From: an uncultured Gammaproteobacteria bacterium
GTDB lineage: Bacteria; Patescibacteriota; Patescibacteriia; SG8-24
DNA length: 64,000 nt
Assembly (NCBI GenBank): GCA_964486995.1
Contig: CAZAOV010000002.1
Location: 26,559 to 90,558, forward strand
Direction: 5' to 3'
Shown: one piece after another, positions 30,000-40,403 of the stretch
How positions within the stretch are numbered: position 1 is the first letter of the stretch
Layout of the letters: every line of letters begins with the position of its first letter
Program-made: the position numbers and the translations under genes
Notes under the pieces: generated by a model
The model's database searches: none
Seen by the model: the letters and a program-made list of their open reading frames with translations, nothing else
What the model was told of the DNA's origin: nothing

Positions 30000-30334
30000 T
30001 GCTCCTCCAACTGTCAAAGAAACGGGCATTTTGCCCGATTAGAGAGGTTATCAATCGGACGAGGGTTTGGTCAAGGGGCAAAGTGCCGTGCGACATCCTA
30101 GACTGGTTGAACCACACAAGCCATCTGTGGTAATCGCACATAACGACGTGGCGGCAGCCTGCTTACTGGCAGGCAGCGGTATGCCTAAGCTTCATTCATC
30201 CGAGCACACCACAGCAACCCTTCTTTATCGCTACTGATAGGAATGAAAACCTCATGCCCGAATTCAACTGAGGTTCCACCCGGGATTTCCTGGGGCACAA
30301 AAAAAAGCCGCCGGAGTTTTCGGCGGCTTTTACA

Positions 30335-30880
30335 TTATTTTTTTTCGAGCACGAATGCGTAAGGCAACGCGTCGGCAATGGTTGTCACGCAAACCGTGCC
30401 ATCGGCGAGATACGACAGCAACCAGGTTTGGCGATCTAGCCGGGCGTTTTCAGAGATGCACTGCAGGCAATGCCCGCATGGCGCAGTTTTCTGCCACTCC
30501 TTAGGCAATCCGTTGGCAGTCTTGACAGTGCCGGGCGTGGGAATTTCGGCGTCAGCCGGCGCGGCGACGATTGCAACCGCGCTAATCCTGACATCATTTC
30601 CCTCTTCGGCCACCAGCGAGTCGGCGGCGTTCTGTTCGGCATGCGATGTCTGCGTGTAGCTACACCGCTCGACATTACAGCCGCCGTAGATACGACCGGT
30701 CTCATCGCTAGCCACAGCCGCACCAACGAGATAGCCAGAATACGGAGCCTGTGCGTTTTGACGCACCACGAACGCCAATCGAATTAACTCCTGCCCGACC
30801 GAATCGAGCTGATGAAAGAATACGCGATAAGACATGATGCGTCGCATCTCATGACCAAGCCGACCCCGAACCGGAATCAT
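30335..30880 (-). CDS. cdd: cytidine deaminase
   Basis: APYSGY.VGAAV, GCNVE, HAE, PCGHC zinc motifs; start may be at MSYRV. Confidence 0.88.
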   Translation of the reverse strand: MIPVRGRLGHEMRRIMSYRVFFHQLDSVGQELIRLAFVVRQNAQAPYSGYLVGAAVASDETGRIYGGCNVERCSYTQTSHAEQNAADSLVAEEGNDVRISAVAIVAAPADAEIPTPGTVKTANGLPKEWQKTAPCGHCLQCISENARLDRQTWLLSYLADGTVCVTTIADALPYAFVLEKK

Positions 30881-31043
30881 GGACTACTCCTATTAATGAA
30901 CTCTGCTAACATCTAACCAAATATCCCCATCCAAAAACAAATTCAAGTTGTGGATAGTTATCAATTCCTTCACCAACGACCAGCTCGATACTTGACGTTA
31001 TTGCTTTAAAGATGCATAATATGACTTCGGTGAGGAGTAAATA

Positions 31044-31190
31044 ATGAACGACAGGCGATGCAAGGTCATTTGGGGCCTGTTCGCAGCATTGGCCGCGACC
31101 GTGTTCTTCGCGCTGTTCATGGCGGCCGCGGACTGTGACAATACGGACGACGAAGAAGAAGAACAACGCACTGAACAAAAGGAGGGCTGA
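31044..31190 (+). CDS. 48-aa single-TM microprotein with acidic tail
   Basis: SD gaggag; MNDRRCKVIWGLFAALAATVFFALFMAAADCDNTDDEEEEQRTEQKEG; too short for the ORF track. Confidence 0.55.
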   Translation: MNDRRCKVIWGLFAALAATVFFALFMAAADCDNTDDEEEEQRTEQKEG

Positions 31191-31191
31191 C

Positions 31192-31293
31192 ATGTTACGA
31201 CGACTCATCGCCATCGCACTAATCACGCTCGGCGCGTTCCTGCTCGGCCTGCTCATGATATGGGTGGGGAGCGGTTGCGGAAGCTGCATCTAA
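31192..31293 (+). CDS. 33-aa hydrophobic microprotein ending GCGSCI
   Basis: SD aaggaggg inside the previous ORF; starts 1 nt after its stop. Confidence 0.5.
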   Translation: MLRRLIAIALITLGAFLLGLLMIWVGSGCGSCI

Positions 31294-31486
31294 CGTTCTG
31301 AAATCTTTTTTCTTGGCACCCCTGGTGGGTGCTTTTTGTTGGGCGTATGAGAACATGAGAGGAAGAAGGTGCGGCGGGACGGTGGAGTTCGCGGATGTAT
31401 GTGCATGTCCGCCGCCCTTCTGTTCTTTCACCCTTCTACCTGACCAAATAAAAAGACCCAGCACCTAGGCCGGGTCTTATTTTTAA

Positions 31487-32209
31487 CTATGCCCTCCAAA
31501 GACCGAGCCGATACAGAACACAATACTTCAGAAACCCCAACCCATACCGACTGGATGCCCAAAAACCAATCATCGACGCATCCTCGAAATAGCGAGTCAT
31601 AATCGGCACCTCGGCCATTTTCATCTTGCGGTCGGCGACCTGGATGATGATTTGCGTATCGAACACGAAGTTGTCCGAGTTCTGTTCGATGTCGAACTCA
31701 TCGAATACGCTCATGTCGTAAGCGCGCAAACCGGAATGAAACTCGGTCAATCCAGTTCCTAACGATATGTTACCAAACCAGGTCAGTCCCTTATTGGCGA
31801 TGAACTTCCACCACGGCATGCCACCGGCGCGCGCATTCTCCGGGTGAATCATGCGCGAACCAAATACTGCCTGTGCACCGTCATCCACCACCAGCTTGAC
31901 CATCTCCGGAATGTATTCCGGACTGTACTGATGATCTGGATGAATCATCACCGCAACATCTGCGCCACGATTGCGAGCCAGGCGATAGCACGACTTCTGG
32001 TTGCCGCCATAGCCGCGGTTCTGCGGATGAACGTGCACATGAATCGGCAGCGAATGCGCCACTTCGACCGTATTGTCCGGACTGGCGTCATCAACCAAAA
32101 TTACGTCGTCGTACCAGCCATCAGGCAAGGCCTCATAGCATTCGACTAGAGTTTTGGCCGCTCTGTACGCCGGCATGACCACGGCGATTCTTTTTCCTTT
32201 ATAGGGCAT
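31487..32209 (-). CDS. GT2 polyprenol-phosphate glycosyltransferase (DPM1-like)
   Basis: VVMPAY, LVDDAS, NRGYGG, HPDHQY, GSR, FVFDTQ. Confidence 0.9.
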   Translation of the reverse strand: MPYKGKRIAVVMPAYRAAKTLVECYEALPDGWYDDVILVDDASPDNTVEVAHSLPIHVHVHPQNRGYGGNQKSCYRLARNRGADVAVMIHPDHQYSPEYIPEMVKLVVDDGAQAVFGSRMIHPENARAGGMPWWKFIANKGLTWFGNISLGTGLTEFHSGLRAYDMSVFDEFDIEQNSDNFVFDTQIIIQVADRKMKMAEVPIMTRYFEDASMIGFWASSRYGLGFLKYCVLYRLGLWRA

Positions 32210-32218
32210 GGGTATCTC

Positions 32219-33835
32219 CTATCTTTTTGAATACATGTCTAGGGTAAAAATATTATCCAAGTTTTCATAGACTTTTCGCCAATCGCGTCGCATGAACCAA
32301 TCTTGTACAGCGAAGTCATTATAACTAAACATGAACAGCCAAACTCGATCGTATTTACCGTCATCCAACAAGTTATCAAGTTTTCTTTGTACCGCCCAAC
32401 CTGGCTCAGCTTCTATTCTGACCTGCATCTCGTTCTCCACTATTCCGAGTCGATGCCGACTGCTGAGATGGTCTTTGCCATAGTAGTTCGTTGGCAGCAT
32501 TGTGGCAATCGGTATGTCTGGCGGCAGGTAGTGGGCCAGATCTGATCTGATACTGACGAAATATACAATGACCAGGTCGCCTGCGCGGTACTGATCTTCT
32601 ATGAACTCGGCCATCTCGCGCAACCGAAAATCGTAATCCCAAAGCGCATCGTTTCCGGCCACACGCGCTATCGACGGAACCAGAGTCACCACCAGCAAGA
32701 CAACCATCAGGGCGGCTTTTTTTCGCGGCAAACCAACGGCTATGCGGGCTATAAGCATAACCATCGGAATAGACAGATACATCACGTGCCGGAAGAACAG
32801 TTTAGAATAATTCATGGATTGCGGCGACACGGCAAACATGGCTAGCCCGAACAGCACGAGCCACAAGAGATAGGTTATCGTTTTTCCGTCGGTAAATCGA
32901 CGCGTCGGCGCAGCTGCTTTGATGAACACAACTACCAGCCACAGAAACGTGAACTTGAAAATATAAATCGACAGCAATTCGATTCGATAGACGGTTTTTT
33001 CCTTGGTGAGCCATACTAAATTACTGAGCACGCCCTCAATAAAATACGAGGCTCGATCCGGTACGCTGCGGCGCGGAATTCCGTATATATCGAATGATGA
33101 TAAACATATCTTGTACAGGAAAGGTACCAACCACGGCAAAAAGCCGATGAACATCACTGCATGTGCCACTAGCCAATAGACAAACTCACGCGAACGGGTG
33201 GTTTTAGGATTTCTTAACGACTCAATTAGCCACCAAATCGCCAGAGCAACCGAAAGAAAGGCAAACGAATAGTGCAAGTAGATGCCGATGAGCGAGCTTA
33301 AAATGTAGCCAACCGCCAACATCGGGCAATTCCGACGCAGCAGGTGTTCCCATAGAAGCCAAATGGCCAACGCCGCAAAAAAGCACATGATGGCATAAGG
33401 TCGCGCCTCCTGGCCGAACTCAATCTGCACCGGCAGAACGGCCAACAGCAATGCGGTCAACAGTCCGCCTGCCCGCGTTTTGAACATGCGCAACGTGGCG
33501 AAATAGACTACAACGATAGTGCCGAGGCTAAACAAGACCGAAAGGGAGCGTAGAGCCAGTTCGCTAACGCCAATAAATTTTGTCCAGAGCGCCAAAATTA
33601 AATAAAACAGTGGCGGATGAAATTCAACCAACGCCAGATACCGCAACATCTCCCCTATTCCGGCGGACTTAGTGGCGATATCGAGCGATAAAATTTCATC
33701 AGCCCAGAACGGTTCGGCGCTAATATTTATGAGCCGCAAACCGAGCGCAAGCAACAAAATGCCGCCCAAGCACCATGGCCAGTGGCGGTCATAAAACGAT
33801 TGCCTGTTTTTTCGCTTGAAAAATTTTCTGAGCAT
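32219..33835 (-). CDS. GT-C membrane glycosyltransferase (ArnT/PMT, GT39/83-like)
   Basis: W.DE motif (FWADE), HPPL, EARPYA, many TMs. Confidence 0.88.
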   Translation of the reverse strand: MLRKFFKRKNRQSFYDRHWPWCLGGILLLALGLRLINISAEPFWADEILSLDIATKSAGIGEMLRYLALVEFHPPLFYLILALWTKFIGVSELALRSLSVLFSLGTIVVVYFATLRMFKTRAGGLLTALLLAVLPVQIEFGQEARPYAIMCFFAALAIWLLWEHLLRRNCPMLAVGYILSSLIGIYLHYSFAFLSVALAIWWLIESLRNPKTTRSREFVYWLVAHAVMFIGFLPWLVPFLYKICLSSFDIYGIPRRSVPDRASYFIEGVLSNLVWLTKEKTVYRIELLSIYIFKFTFLWLVVVFIKAAAPTRRFTDGKTITYLLWLVLFGLAMFAVSPQSMNYSKLFFRHVMYLSIPMVMLIARIAVGLPRKKAALMVVLLVVTLVPSIARVAGNDALWDYDFRLREMAEFIEDQYRAGDLVIVYFVSIRSDLAHYLPPDIPIATMLPTNYYGKDHLSSRHRLGIVENEMQVRIEAEPGWAVQRKLDNLLDDGKYDRVWLFMFSYNDFAVQDWFMRRDWRKVYENLDNIFTLDMYSKR

Positions 33836-33837
33836 AT

Positions 33838-35448
33838 TCAGCGGCGGTCGTACATATCGAGCAAAAATAATCCGGAAATGGACTGGAAGGCGTGGCGCCA
33901 TTGTTCGGAATCAAACCAAGTGTGCACCAACAGGTCGTCCGTTCGCATTCCGTAGAGCCAAAAACGCTCGGGCCGATTTTGCAGCTGATCGATTCGGTCA
34001 AGCTGGAGATGTGCTTGGGCCTTAGTAGTCTTGGGCACCCGGAACTGAGATTCGTTTTCAATTAAACCCAGCCTCGTTCGGGCACGCATGAAATCATGCC
34101 CAAAATATCCGGCTGGCACCAGGGTTTCCACCGGAATTTCCGGCCGTAGGTAGTGCGATATGTTCGAGCGCGCAAAATTATATGAAACGACCACCACGTC
34201 TCCGGGACGATAATTATCATTGATGTACTGCGCCACCTCGGAAACACGATGTTTGTAGTTCCAGGTGGCATCATTCTGCATGACAAACGCCAGATACGGC
34301 ATCAGCGTCACCACAAATAACGCCAACAACAGCTTGCCCCAGCGACCGGACAGGCGATTCGCTACCATGGCGACGAAAATCATCAGCGGAACGGTAATCG
34401 GCAGCATGTGACGGAAAATGCGGTCGGTGTAGGCCAACGACGCAGGCGATGCGATAAAAAATATTATCGGCACCACGGACAGAAAAGCCAAGAACAGCCA
34501 GCGCTGTCGGTCACGGGATATTTTCCTGGTCGTACGTCCGGCGATCGGCGCCAGCACGATTAGCGTCGCGAACACTAACGCAATCTTAAAAATAGCGGCG
34601 GCTAAAATCTGAATCCGCGGGACGTACTCGGTCCACGACAGCCACACAATCCGATCCAGCGACATATCGAGCACGCCCGGCTCACGAAGCGTGGAATCGT
34701 TGCGGGCCAGACCGAAGATGTCCCAATTGCCTAACATCAGTTTATGCAGAAAGGGATTGAGCCATGGGGCGAACACCAAGAAAATCACGGCGTGCGTCAA
34801 AAACCATTGCATCAAGTATTTGGAGCATTTTTTGTTCGTCCGCAAATCGTTCAATAGCCACCACAAAGAAACGGCGGCGATAGTGAACATAAAAGAGTAG
34901 TGCAGATACAACCCGGCCGCAGCGGACAAAATATAGAGAGCCAACCAGCCCTTGTTCCGCGAAGACATGAACTCCCAGACCGCCCACATGACTAGAACGG
35001 CAAATAATGTGTACATGGCGTACGGGCGGGCCTCTTGTCCGTATTCGACCTGAATCGGCAGGATTGCCACCAAAAACGCGGTGATTAAGCCGACCTTGGT
35101 GCTCTTACTCACGCTGCGCCCAAAATAGAACGCCGTTACCACAATCGCCAAACTGAAAATCAGCGACAACGAGCGAGTGGCCGCTTCGCTAGAACCAAAC
35201 CAGGCCGCCCACGGCTTCACTAATATATAGTAGTGCGGCGGGTGAATTTCGATGGCGGCGATGTACTGAACCATCTCCCCCAATCCGGCGAATCCGGTAT
35301 AGATATCGAGGCTCAAAATCTCGTCACCCCAGTACGGTTCCGTGCCAATATTTGCGAGACGCAAAATCGCCGCCAGCAAAACGATGCCGGCCAGAATCCA
35401 TGCTGGTGATATTTTTTCTCTCTTGTGTCTAAATAATCGTTTAAGCAT
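33838..35448 (-). CDS. GT-C membrane glycosyltransferase; tandem paralog
   Basis: YWGDE, HPP, EARPYA, many TMs. Confidence 0.88.
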   Translation of the reverse strand: MLKRLFRHKREKISPAWILAGIVLLAAILRLANIGTEPYWGDEILSLDIYTGFAGLGEMVQYIAAIEIHPPHYYILVKPWAAWFGSSEAATRSLSLIFSLAIVVTAFYFGRSVSKSTKVGLITAFLVAILPIQVEYGQEARPYAMYTLFAVLVMWAVWEFMSSRNKGWLALYILSAAAGLYLHYSFMFTIAAVSLWWLLNDLRTNKKCSKYLMQWFLTHAVIFLVFAPWLNPFLHKLMLGNWDIFGLARNDSTLREPGVLDMSLDRIVWLSWTEYVPRIQILAAAIFKIALVFATLIVLAPIAGRTTRKISRDRQRWLFLAFLSVVPIIFFIASPASLAYTDRIFRHMLPITVPLMIFVAMVANRLSGRWGKLLLALFVVTLMPYLAFVMQNDATWNYKHRVSEVAQYINDNYRPGDVVVVSYNFARSNISHYLRPEIPVETLVPAGYFGHDFMRARTRLGLIENESQFRVPKTTKAQAHLQLDRIDQLQNRPERFWLYGMRTDDLLVHTWFDSEQWRHAFQSISGLFLLDMYDRR

Positions 35449-35573
35449 ATTGACACTATATAACAAAGTGCGGATGTACGGGAGTTCGGGGGTGTGGAAC
35501 AACACTTAGGTGCTGAGATTCCGCGGGGCATGATTTGGAAGAAAAAATCCATCCGCTAGGATGGATCGGTTTT

Positions 35574-36002
35574 TTACATTGTGAGGTAATTGATGGCAGC
35601 GGTAATGACTGCATTGCGGTTACTGCCGACACCAACTACGCCGAGCATATCGAGCACATCCTGCATATTCAGGCACTCGAACGAACTGAACTCATCGAAG
35701 TCGATTTCGCAATTGCGCGGCAGAAGGCTGTCGTCGAGGTCAGGCAGCAAAACCCCGCCGGCGGCACAGCGATATGGCTCCAGCATACCCAACCAGAATT
35801 GAACCAAGAACCCAGTATCCGTAATGGCCGCTTTCTCTAGTTCGTCCTCCGAGTACTCGGGATGCTTAATACCAATCACACCCAAAACAAACGGCTGAAA
35901 AAAGTCAGCGATATCGGCCATCGCCGTAAGATGGCCCATCATGCGATCTTCTTGGCGCCGCTGCGGGACGAGCGTACCGCATCTATGCTCCGAAGCAGAC
36001 AT
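35574..36002 (-). CDS. hypothetical acidic protein
   Basis: SD aaggag; TTGACC promoter upstream; terminator downstream. Confidence 0.6.
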   Translation of the reverse strand: MSASEHRCGTLVPQRRQEDRMMGHLTAMADIADFFQPFVLGVIGIKHPEYSEDELEKAAITDTGFLVQFWLGMLEPYRCAAGGVLLPDLDDSLLPRNCEIDFDEFSSFECLNMQDVLDMLGVVGVGSNRNAVITAAINYLTM

Positions 36003-36153
36003 GATTATCTCCTTTCTGTAAGGTACTTAAAAGATTATTCTAGCTTAATCAACCGATCTGGTCAATATCGGATTTAGGGTTTAAGATTCCGGGCCTTTCA
36101 CGGCGTCTTAAACTCTAACCAAAAAAGAGGCGTTGGCCTCTTTTGTTGAATGG

Positions 36154-36480
36154 CTATTTCTTGGTGGTTTTCTTTTTAGCGGTCGTTTTGCGCGTGCGGG
36201 TGGTCTTTTTTATGCGTTCCTGAATTCCCCAAGTGATGAGTTCTTTAAGCGCCTGCGACACCAACGTAAACGACGCGGCTGAGCGTTCCATTTTCTCGTG
36301 CGCCGACTGCGCCACATCCTCGATTTTTTCTACTGCTCCGCGCACCTGTCGCACCAATGCCTCGGCATCGCGCACGATGGATATGATGTAATACAATAAC
36401 CACGAAATAAAAATGGTGATCCATAAAATGCTGAACGCCAGGACCACAAAAAGCAGGTCTTTACTTGATTCAATTAGCAT
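36154..36480 (-). CDS. single-TM coiled-coil protein (DUF948/YoxC-like)
   Basis: TM, helical region, basic tail. Confidence 0.7.
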   Translation of the reverse strand: MLIESSKDLLFVVLAFSILWITIFISWLLYYIISIVRDAEALVRQVRGAVEKIEDVAQSAHEKMERSAASFTLVSQALKELITWGIQERIKKTTRTRKTTAKKKTTKK

Positions 36481-36678
36481 AGAAAATAAAGGTCTATTAT
36501 TATGTGGTTAATTATAGCATACATTTTATAACAAGTCTGACGGTTTTTAAGGCAAGAGGGTTCGTTTTGGGGGCAATACTAAACAACTAGGAAGATAAAC
36601 GACCCAAAAAAATCCGTAACCCCAATTCACCAATTCAAAAAACGCCCAACCATTTAGTTGGACGTTTTTAATCGTTGT

Positions 36679-39102
36679 CTAGGTGCGAAGCTTCGCGTCC
36701 GCCTCTTTCTCCAATGCCTGCAAAATATTCCCAATCTCTGCCTCAACCTCCTCGGCAGTCAAAGTCTTCTCCGGATGCAAAAACGACAAGTGCATCGCAA
36801 AACTCTTCATTGAATCACCCAATTTAGAATCTCGATACACATCAAACAACTCTACTCCACTCAGTAAATCGGAAGCCGCCAATATCGCCTGCTCAACCTT
36901 CGCATACTCCACCGACTTCCCAACCACTACCGCCAAATCCCGCCGAACTGGCGGAAACTGCGGAATCGGCTCATAGCCACCGCCCACCTCGTCGGACTCC
37001 ACCAACACAGCCAGATCAAACTCAGCAATACATACCCGCCCATCAATACCAAACGCTTCCAGAACCAGCGGATGTATCTCGCCCATGGTTCCAATCGCGG
37101 TATCGCCGATATACAAGTCAACAGTGCGTCCGGGATGCCACAGCTGAGATTTCGGATCGATGCGGCCAGTAGAAACCTTGCGATTTAATTTATTAAAGAG
37201 ACCCTGCGCCGCACCTTTCACCTGACGGAACAAAGTGTCGTCTTTATGCGAACCATAGGCCGCTATCAAAACCGTCGATCGTTCCTCTGGCAAATTCGCT
37301 CCATCGTTCTTGATGTAAATATTACTCACCTCGAACAGGCCATTCTCCGGAAACAGACCTTCGTTATGAGCGATGGTGTCCAATGTATCAGGCACCAAAG
37401 ACGGTCGCATGTATTCAAACTCTTCGGACAGAGGATTAGCGATGCGCATTAAATTTTTAGCTTCGAAACCAGCTTTCTCCATAATGTCCCGCGAACCAAA
37501 CGAGTAATTCACCACCTGAGTGAAGCCGGACGAAGAAAGGTAGACTTTGGCCGTATCCTCGGCCGCCAATACCGAATCGACCGGTGCCACCGGCAACTCA
37601 CCGGTCGGAATCTCGGACGGTAAATTCGCGTAACCATACACGCGAGCAATCTCCTCGGCAAAATCCCGCTCCCCTTCTATGTCGCGCGCCCGCCAATACG
37701 GTACCTCCACGTCATACACCGGCTTACCTTTTTTGATGGTCGAACGCCTGCTCATGCTGAAACCCAAGGCTTTCAAAATCTTTACCATCTTGGCGGCTGG
37801 AATCTTCACGCCAATCAAACGCTCGGCATGTTCGGGTCGGAACTGATATTTCACCCTGCGATGCGAATCAGACCGGACATCAAATACTTTGCTCGCCACC
37901 GTACCGCAGGCAACACGCTGACAAAGTTCCACTGCACGCGCGAGCGCGGCCTGAGTTTGCTCTTCCGGCAACCCCTTCTCAAAACGCAATGAGGAATCAG
38001 ACCGCACATCTAGCGCACGACCGGTACGACGTATAGAGACTGGATCAAACGTCGCAGCCTCGAACACGATAGTGGTTGTACCCTCGGTTACGCCTGTGTT
38101 TTCACCGCCCATCACACCGGCTACCGCCACCGGCTTCTCGGCATCCGCAATCACCAGCTGATCCGCAGTCAGTTCCTTGGTCTCGCCGTCGAGCAATAAA
38201 ATCTTCTCACCTTTCTTGGCTTTGCGAATACGAATCTTTCCACCGGCTAACCTTTCATAGTCAAACGCGTGCATGGGCTGACCCAACTCCAGCATTACGT
38301 AATTGGTAATGTCCACGATGTTATTAATCGGCCTAAAACCCGACATCAGCAATCGATTCTTCAGCCACCATGGCGACGGACCCACCTCAATGTTCTCCAT
38401 CACGACAGCCTGATACCGCGAACAGAGTTCCTTATCCTGATTATCGACCTCGAACGGTACGGCTTTGGTACCTTTAGGCATGGACGGTGCTATGGCTTCC
38501 TTCCAAGTGAGCGGCTCTTCTAAAATTGCTGAAGTCTCACGCGCGAGACCGACCATACTGAACGCATCCGGCCGATTCGTGGTGATTTCGATATCGAAAA
38601 CCGTATCCTCCAAATCCAATGCCTTGGCCAGGGCGGTACCGGGTTTAGCCTTGCACCAGCTCATGTCCATAATCTCCTTGTCTGCATGCGGGAAACCATC
38701 TTCTAGACCGATTTCAGACGCGGCACAAATCATGCCCGCACTTTTTACCCCTCGAATCTCGGCCGGCTCCAGCTTTATCGGCTCCCCTTCTCCGTGCCAG
38801 CGCACTTCGGCACCCGGCAGCGCAACCGCGACTTTCATGCCCTCCCCCAAGTTACTGCCACCACAAACGATGTCGGCCTTTTCCTTGCCCAAATCAGTCA
38901 CGGCGATACGCAACTTGTCGGCGTTCGGATGATGCTTAATCTCCAAAATCTTGCCGACCACCATATTGTCGAACCGTGGAGCTTGTGGAAACAACCGCTC
39001 CACCCCCGGTCCGGACAACGAAACACGGCGCGCAAAATCTTCGGCCGTTGCTTTCACGCCGACGAACTCTTTGATCCAGTTATACGATGCGAGTATATTC
39101 AT
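36679..39102 (-). CDS. pheT: phenylalanine--tRNA ligase beta subunit
   Basis: HPNADKL, GMIC, TNRPD, NNIVDITNY, RFEKG, FPPVRRDLA, FDX-ACB C-terminus. Confidence 0.98.
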   Translation of the reverse strand: MNILASYNWIKEFVGVKATAEDFARRVSLSGPGVERLFPQAPRFDNMVVGKILEIKHHPNADKLRIAVTDLGKEKADIVCGGSNLGEGMKVAVALPGAEVRWHGEGEPIKLEPAEIRGVKSAGMICAASEIGLEDGFPHADKEIMDMSWCKAKPGTALAKALDLEDTVFDIEITTNRPDAFSMVGLARETSAILEEPLTWKEAIAPSMPKGTKAVPFEVDNQDKELCSRYQAVVMENIEVGPSPWWLKNRLLMSGFRPINNIVDITNYVMLELGQPMHAFDYERLAGGKIRIRKAKKGEKILLLDGETKELTADQLVIADAEKPVAVAGVMGGENTGVTEGTTTIVFEAATFDPVSIRRTGRALDVRSDSSLRFEKGLPEEQTQAALARAVELCQRVACGTVASKVFDVRSDSHRRVKYQFRPEHAERLIGVKIPAAKMVKILKALGFSMSRRSTIKKGKPVYDVEVPYWRARDIEGERDFAEEIARVYGYANLPSEIPTGELPVAPVDSVLAAEDTAKVYLSSSGFTQVVNYSFGSRDIMEKAGFEAKNLMRIANPLSEEFEYMRPSLVPDTLDTIAHNEGLFPENGLFEVSNIYIKNDGANLPEERSTVLIAAYGSHKDDTLFRQVKGAAQGLFNKLNRKVSTGRIDPKSQLWHPGRTVDLYIGDTAIGTMGEIHPLVLEAFGIDGRVCIAEFDLAVLVESDEVGGGYEPIPQFPPVRRDLAVVVGKSVEYAKVEQAILAASDLLSGVELFDVYRDSKLGDSMKSFAMHLSFLHPEKTLTAEEVEAEIGNILQALEKEADAKLRT

Positions 39103-39110
39103 AGGATTTC

Positions 39111-39235
39111 AGTGTAGAAGTATAGATGTATAGAAGTATAGATGTGTAGAAGTTTAGGAGACCCACCCATTTCATCAGACGTCTTGCGTAAGTGCGCGGG
39201 TCTGCTACACCCCTACACTACTACACATCTACACT
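39111..39235. repeat. octamer-armed palindromic element, family B
   Basis: 6 x [a/t]gt[g/a]taga, then core agaccc...gacgtc...cgtaag...gggtct, then 4 x ctacac. Confidence 0.85.
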
Positions 39236-39244
39236 GTTTGATGA

Positions 39245-40306
39245 CTAGAACTGATTTAAGAACCTAAAATCGCTCTTGTAGAGCACTCGAATATCATCAA
39301 TCATAATCCCCGACCGCATCATCATTGTTCGCTCCACGCCCCAGCCGAACGCTAGCGCGCTGTACTCTTCTGGATCAACGCCGCCCGCGGTCAGAACGTT
39401 CGGATGCAGTATGCCCGCACCGCCGAGCTCCAGCCAACCTTCTTTGCAGAGTCGGCACTTGCCGCCATGTTCGTTCTTGCCCGAGCCATTGCAGATACCA
39501 CAGCTGATGTCGATTTCAAAACTGGGTTCAGTAAAGCGGAAATGAAACGGTCGCAGTCGCGTGTGGCGACCTTCGCCAAAATATTCGCGCGCAAAATGAT
39601 CCAAAATTCCTTTCAGGTGGGTCACAGATACGTTGCGGTCCACGAGCAAACCCTCGAACTGGTGAAACATCGGCGTGTGAGACACGTCAATCTGCCGCCG
39701 GAAAGTCTTAGAGATGTTCATCATGCGAATCGGCAATTTGCCCTTCTTCAATTCGCGTGCGCTACCCGAAGTGGTGTGCGGCGTCAGCACCATCTTGCCG
39801 AATTTGCCACTCACCGGCGCATCAATAAAAAACGTTTCCCATTCGTCGCGCGCCGGATGGTCGGGCGGCATGTTCAAAGACTCAAACGCATACCAATCCC
39901 ACTCGACTTCCGGATGGCGCACGCGCGTGAAACCGATGCGACTAAAAATATCCACGATGTCGCGCATGGCCTGGGTGACCGGATGCATGTGACCTTCCTC
40001 CGGTGCGATGCCGGGCACGGTCACGTCGATGCTGTCGGTCTCAACGAGCGACGCATATTCAGCTTGGCGCAACTCTCGACGGCGCCTCTCTACGGCCGCG
40101 CGAATTTCTTCTTTGTGCTGATTCGCCAACTGCCCGACTTCTTTACGTTCCTCAGCAGACAACGAGCCCAGTTTCTTCATGGCCTGACTAAACTCGCTCT
40201 TACGACCCAGATGGACAGTTTCGACCTCGTCTAAAGTACGGCTGTCCGTTGCTTCGGACACCGCTTTTAGGATTCGGTCTCGGATTTCATTCAGTTCTTG
40301 TTTCAT
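39245..40306 (-). CDS. pheS: phenylalanine--tRNA ligase alpha subunit
   Basis: HPV, HPARD, FHQFEGL, FRFTEPS, C..C / CRLC insertion, AFGWGVER. Confidence 0.98.
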   Translation of the reverse strand: MKQELNEIRDRILKAVSEATDSRTLDEVETVHLGRKSEFSQAMKKLGSLSAEERKEVGQLANQHKEEIRAAVERRRRELRQAEYASLVETDSIDVTVPGIAPEEGHMHPVTQAMRDIVDIFSRIGFTRVRHPEVEWDWYAFESLNMPPDHPARDEWETFFIDAPVSGKFGKMVLTPHTTSGSARELKKGKLPIRMMNISKTFRRQIDVSHTPMFHQFEGLLVDRNVSVTHLKGILDHFAREYFGEGRHTRLRPFHFRFTEPSFEIDISCGICNGSGKNEHGGKCRLCKEGWLELGGAGILHPNVLTAGGVDPEEYSALAFGWGVERTMMMRSGIMIDDIRVLYKSDFRFLNQF

Positions 40307-40317
40307 AGTCTAGTATC

Positions 40318-40398
40318 GTATCGGCAGAGCTTGTCTCTAGCCATCGTTAATATCTTTTTACTAAATTTCGGTTGGGCAGGGGCGAGCTCTGCCGCTAC
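40318..40398. repeat. REPIN-like inverted pair, family A
   Basis: gtatcggcagagcttgtctct ... ggggcgagctctgccgctac. Confidence 0.8.
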
Positions 40399-40403
40399 CG
40401 TTT

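Noticed and set aside
30040-30295. Possible structured ncRNA or riboswitch between cdd and the ABC gene (also 22540-22800)
   Set aside because: Only short local hairpins; no recognisable Rfam motif by eye; would need cmscan
9044-31480. Integron cassette array
   Set aside because: Genes are on both strands with their own promoters; no RYYYAAC...GTTRRRY attC pattern and no intI recognised
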